This document shows positions 34,601 to 39,379 of a stretch of 39,379 nucleotides of DNA, one piece after another. The position numbers and the translations under genes are program-made. The stretch lies in NCBI RefSeq assembly GCF_004010195.1, contig NW_025215025.1, forward strand, positions 1-39,379, read 5' to 3'. How positions within the stretch are numbered: position 1 is the stretch's first letter; every line of letters begins with the position of its first letter. This DNA is from Chiloscyllium plagiosum. Taxonomy: Eukaryota. The notes beneath the pieces were generated by a model. It saw nothing but the letters and a program-made list of their open reading frames with translations. It was not told the DNA's origin and searched no databases.

Positions 34601-35359
34601 ACACAGGTGCTGGGTGAACCCCAGGGTGGATTGTGTTCAGATGTGGGTTGCTGTGGACTATGGGAGAGACTGAGGGCTGTCTGGGGGAAGGGAAGTGGAT
34701 TGCTACCTTGGTCAGGTTTTGAGCAAAGTTGCAATGTCCTGTCTGTCACTGCTGTCTATCCTGTCTCACTGTCCAGATATTTCCTGACTCTTCAGATTTT
34801 GAGCACTGTTGCAGGCTAAATGTTGAATGCCATCCATTGTGGTGGAGCTAAGTGAGGGCGAGGTGGAGAATAGGGAGCTGCAGTGGCTCCCGGAGGAATT
34901 GAGTCATCGAGGAGCCAAGCCAAGACAACAGCAAAGAGAGTGAAGAGCAGGTCAGCACGGAGCAGTGACTGTCACTCCAAAATGGCAGCACTGCCATGTG
35001 GTGTTGTTCAGGCTGAGCCCGTCCACTCCACATTGGCACATTCCTTTTCTCTCTCTCTTTTCATCTTTTTCTCTTCTTCTTTTTCTTCCTGATATTGCGG
35101 AAGACCAGGATGATGTCAACAGTGACTCCTGGCTTGTAGGCCTAATACCTGGACTCCTGGTATTGGCAATGGCAATGGCGGAGCCAGGAGTCCGGCCTGT
35201 GGTAGATGGTTGACTGTGTCAGTGTCAGTGCCCAGAGTGGGAACTTCTGGCTTCGCAGGCCTGATGCATGGACTCCTGGAAATGGGGAAGAGCTGTTGGG
35301 CGCAGCGATGGTGAAGTGTGGACTCCTGGCTATGGTGGGCCAAGAGCCGGGCTCCTGGC

Positions 35360-38300
35360 TGCAGAAGGCCGGAGTGGGGGTTCCTGACTGCTGTGGGCCC
35401 GGAGTGGGGGTTGCTGACTGCAGTACGCCCGGAGTGGGGGTTGCTGACTGCAGTAGGCCCGGAGTGGGGGTTCCTGACTGTAGTGGGCCCGGAGTGGTGG
35501 TTCCTGACTGCAGTACGCCCGGAGTGGGGGTTGCTGACTGCAGTAGGCCCGGAGTGGGGGTTCCTGACTGTAGTGGGCCCGGAGTGGTGGTTCCTGAGTG
35601 CAGTACGCCCGGAGTGGGGGTTGCTGACTGCAGTAGGCCCGGAGTGGGGGTTCCTTACTGCAGTAGGCCCAGAGCGGGGGTTCCTGACTGCAGTGGGCCT
35701 GGAGCGGGAGTACCTGATTGCAGTAGGCCCAGAGCGGGGGTTCCTGACTGCAGTAGGCCTGGAGCGGGAGTACCTGACTGCAGTAGGCCCAGAGTGGGGG
35801 TTGCTGACTGCAGTAGGCCTGGAGTGGGGTTTCCTGATTGCAGTGGGCCCGGAGCAGGGTATCCTGAGTGTAGAAGGCCCGGAATGGGGGTTCCTGACTG
35901 CTGTAGGCTCAGAGCAGTGGTTCCTGACTGCAGTAGGCTCAGAATGGGAGTTCCTGACTGCAGTGGGCTCGGAGTGGGGGTTCCTGACTGCAGTGGGCCC
36001 AGAGTGGGGGTTCCTGACTGCAGTAGGCCCGGAACGGGGGCTCCTGACTGCAGTTGACCCGGAGTTGGAGTTCCTGACTGCAGTAGGCCTGGAGTCGGGG
36101 TTCCTGATTGCAGTGGGCCCGGAGCAGGGGTTCCTGACCCCAGTAGGCCCGGAGTGGGGGTTCCTGACTGAAGTAGGCCCGGAGCTGGGTATCCTGAGTG
36201 CAGTAGGCCCGGAATGGGGGTTCCTGACTGCTGTAGGCCCAGAGCAGTGGTTCCTGACTGCAGTAGGCTCAGAATGGGGGTTCCTGACTGCAGTAGGCCC
36301 GGAGTGGGGGTTCCTGACTGCTGTAGGCCCAGAGCAAGGCTCCTAACTGCAGTAGACCCAGAGTAAGGGTTCCTGACTGCAGTGGGCCTGGAGCGTGAGT
36401 ACCTGACTGCATTAGGCCTGGAGTGGGGGTTGCTGACTGCAGTATGCCCGGTGTGGGGGTTCCTGACTGCAGTGGGCCCGGAATGGGGGGGCTCCTGACT
36501 GCAGTGGCCCGGAGTTGGGGTTCCTGACAGTGGTTGGCCCGGAGCGGGAGCTCCTGACTGCAGTGGGCCCGGAATTGGGGTTCCTGACTGCAGTAGGCCC
36601 GGAGTGGGGGTTCCTGACTGCAGTGGGCCCAGAGTGGGGGCCCGGAGTTGGGGAGGTTCCCCTCTGCAGTAGGCCCAGAGCGGTGGTTCCTGACTGCAGT
36701 AGGCCCGGAGCGGGGGTTCCTGATTGCAGTGGCCCGGAGCGGGTGTTCCTGACTGCAGTGGCCCGGAGCGGGTGTTCCTGACTGCAGTGGGCCTGGAGTG
36801 GGGGCTTCCTGACTGCAGTGGGTCCAGAATGGGGGGTTCCTGACTGCAGTGGGCCCGGCGTGTGGGTTCCTGACTGCAGTGGGCCCGGAGTGGGGGTTTC
36901 TGACTGCAGTGGGCCCAGAGTGGGGAGTTCCTGACTGCAGTAGGCCCGGATCTGGGGTTCCTAGCTGCAGTAGGTCCAGTGCGGGAGTTCCTGACTGCAG
37001 TAGGCCTAAACCGGGGATTCTTGACTGCTGTAGGCCTAGAGCTGGTGCTGCTGACTGCAGTAGGCCTAGAGCAGGTGGCTTCTAGCTACAGTAGGGCCGG
37101 AGTGGGGGTTCCTGACTACAGTAGGCCCGGAATGGGGGTTCCTGACTGCAGTGGGTCCGGAGTGGGGGTTCCTGACTACAATTGGCCCGGAATGGGGTTC
37201 CCAGACTGCAGTGGGCCCGGAGTATGGGTTCCTGACTGCAGTAGTCCCGGAATGGGGGTCCCTGACTGCAGTGGGCCCGGAGCGGGGGTTCCTGACTGCA
37301 GTGGCCCGGAGCGGAGGTTCCTGACTTCAGTGGGCCCGGAATGGGGGTTCTTGACTGCAGTAGGCCCGGAGCGGGTGTTCCTGACTGCAGTGGGCCCAGA
37401 GTGGGGGTTCCTGACTGCAGTGGGCCCAGAATGGGGGCTTCCTGACTGCAGTAGGCCCGGATCTGGGGTTCCTAGCTGGAGTAGCTCCAGTGCGGGAGTT
37501 CCTGACTGCAGTAGGCCTAAACCGGGGGTTCTTGACTGCTGTAGGCCTAGAGCTGGTGCTGCTGACTGCAGTAGACCTGGAGCAGGTGGCTTCTAGCCAC
37601 AGTAGGGCCGGAGTGGGGGTTCCTGACTGCAGTAGGCCCGGAATGAGGGTTCCTGACTGCAGTGGGTCCGGAGTGGCAGTTCCTGACTGCAGTAGGCCCG
37701 GAATGGGGGTTCCTGACTGCAGTAGGCCCAGAGCGGGGGTTCCTGACTGCAGTAGGCCTGGAGCGGGAGTACCTGACTGCAGTAGGCCCGGAGCGGGGGT
37801 TGCTGACTGCAGTAGGCCCGGAGCGGGGGCACGTGACTGCAGTGGGCCCGGAGTGGGGGCTCCTGACTGCAGTGGGCCCGGAATGTGGGGCCTCCTGACT
37901 GCTGTGGGCCCGGAGCTGGGGTTCCTGACTGCAGTTGGCCCAGAGTGGTGGTTCCTGACTGCAGTCGGCCCGGAGTGGGGGTTCTGACTGCAGTGGGTCT
38001 GGAGTGAGGGTTCCTGACTGCAGTAGGCTCGGAATGGGTGCTCCTGTCTGCAGTGGGCCCGGAGTTGGAGTTCCTGACTGCAGTAGGCCTGGAGCAGGGG
38101 TTCCTGATTGCAGCGGGCCTGGAGCAGCGGTTCCTGACTCCAGTAGGTCCGGAGTGGGGATTCCTGACTGCAGTAGGCCCGGAGCGGGGTATCCTGAATG
38201 CAGTAGGCCCGGAATGGGGGTTCCTGACTGCAGTAGGCTCAGAATGGGGGTTCCTGACTGCAGTGGGCCCAAGTGTGGGTTCCTGACTGCAGTAGGCCCG

Positions 38301-39379
38301 GAGTGGGGGTTCCTGACTGCTGTAGGCCCAGAGCGGGGCTCCTGACTGCAGTGGGCCCAGAGTGGGGGTTCCTGACTGCAGGGGGCCCGGAGCGGGAGTA
38401 CCTGACTGCATTAGGCCCGGAGTGGGTGTTGCTGACTGCAGTAGGCCCAGTGTGGGGGTTCCTGACTGCAGTGGGCCCGGAATGGGGGGGCTCCCGAATG
38501 CAGTGGGCCCAGAGTTGGGGTTCCTGACTGCAGTTGGCCCGGACCGGGGGCTCCTGACTGCAGTGGGCCCGGAATTGGGGTTCCTGACTGCAGTAGGCCC
38601 GGAGTGGGGGTTCCTGACTGCAGTGGGCCCAGAGTGGGGAGTTCCTGACTGCAGTAGGCCCGGATCTAGGGTTCCTAGTTGCAGTAGGTCCAGTGCGGGA
38701 GTTCCTGACTGCAGTAGGCCTAAACCGGGGTTTCTTGACTGCTGTAGGCCTAGAGCTGGTGCTGCTGACTGCAGTAAGCCTGGAGCAGGTGGCTTCTAGC
38801 TACAGTAGGCCCAGAGTGGGGGTTCCTAACTGCAGTAGGCCCGGAGCGGTGGTTCCTGACTGCAGTAGGCCCGGAATGGGGGTTCCTGACTGCAGTGGCC
38901 CGGAGCGGGGGGCTCCTGACTGCAGTGAGCCCGGAGTTGGGGTTCCTGACTGCAGTGGTCCCGGTGTGGGGATTCCTGACTGCAGTGGGCCTGGAGCATG
39001 GCTTCCTGACTGCAGTGGTCCCGGTGTGGGGATTCCTGACTGCAGTGGGCCTGGAGCATGGCTTCCTGACTGCAGTGGGTCCGGAGTGGGGGCTCCTGAC
39101 TGCAGTAGACCCGGAGTTGGGGTTCTTGACTGCAGTAGGCCCGGTATGGGGGCTCCTGACTGCAGTGGGCCCAGAGTGGGGGGTTCCTGATTGCAGTAGG
39201 CCCGGTGTGTGGGTTCCTGACTGCAGTGGTCCCGGAGCAGGGGCTCCTGACTGCAGTAGGCACGGAGCGGTGGTTCCTGACTGCAGTAGGCCCGAAATGG
39301 GGGTTCCTGACTGCAGTGGGCCCAGAATGGGTGCTCCTGACTGCAGTAGGCCCGGAATGGGTGCTCCTGACTGCAGTAG
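35360..39379. repeat. 30-bp GC-rich satellite, ~130+ copies, truncated by window end
   Basis: Consensus GGAGTGGGGGTTCCTGACTGCAGTAGGCCC with occasional 29/31-nt units; most units contain CTGCAG (PstI). Confidence 0.99.

Noticed and set aside
35360..39379. CRISPR-like array or immunoglobulin switch-like region
   Set aside because: The units are contiguous with no unique spacers and there are no cas genes. G-runs and TGCA (WGCW) motifs are present, but there are no immunoglobulin exons in the window.

Overview
Eukaryotic, repeat-rich draft-assembly sequence with two N gaps. The HE1-type SINEs, CR1/HER1-type LINEs and Penelope-type termini point to a cartilaginous fish (shark). The only host gene I can support is missed by the ORF track: four minus-strand exons (30060-30278, 21954-22119, 20658-20760, 18131-18230) with GT-AG junctions. 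They splice in frame into 195 aa of a papain-family (C1A) cathepsin K/S-like mature domain. Both catalytic residues are replaced by aspartate (Cys25->Asp, CGSCW->CHSDW; His159->Asp, NHAVL->TDEVL), while Asn175, the structural tryptophans and six disulfide cysteines are kept. This suggests a constrained pseudo-protease or a re-purposed active site. Tail-to-tail with the gene's 3' end is a decayed, internally deleted class I (epsilon-like) endogenous retrovirus (~11.8-17.5 kb, +) with gag NC, pro, an extra PR-RT insert, RT, RNase H, IN, gamma-type env, PPT and 3' LTR. The rest is CR1, Rex1 and Penelope fragments (several with hammerhead ribozyme cores), SINEs, 27-bp and ~60-bp minisatellites, and a >4 kb 30-bp satellite running off the right end. 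All identifications come from manual reading and motif recall; no database search was run.
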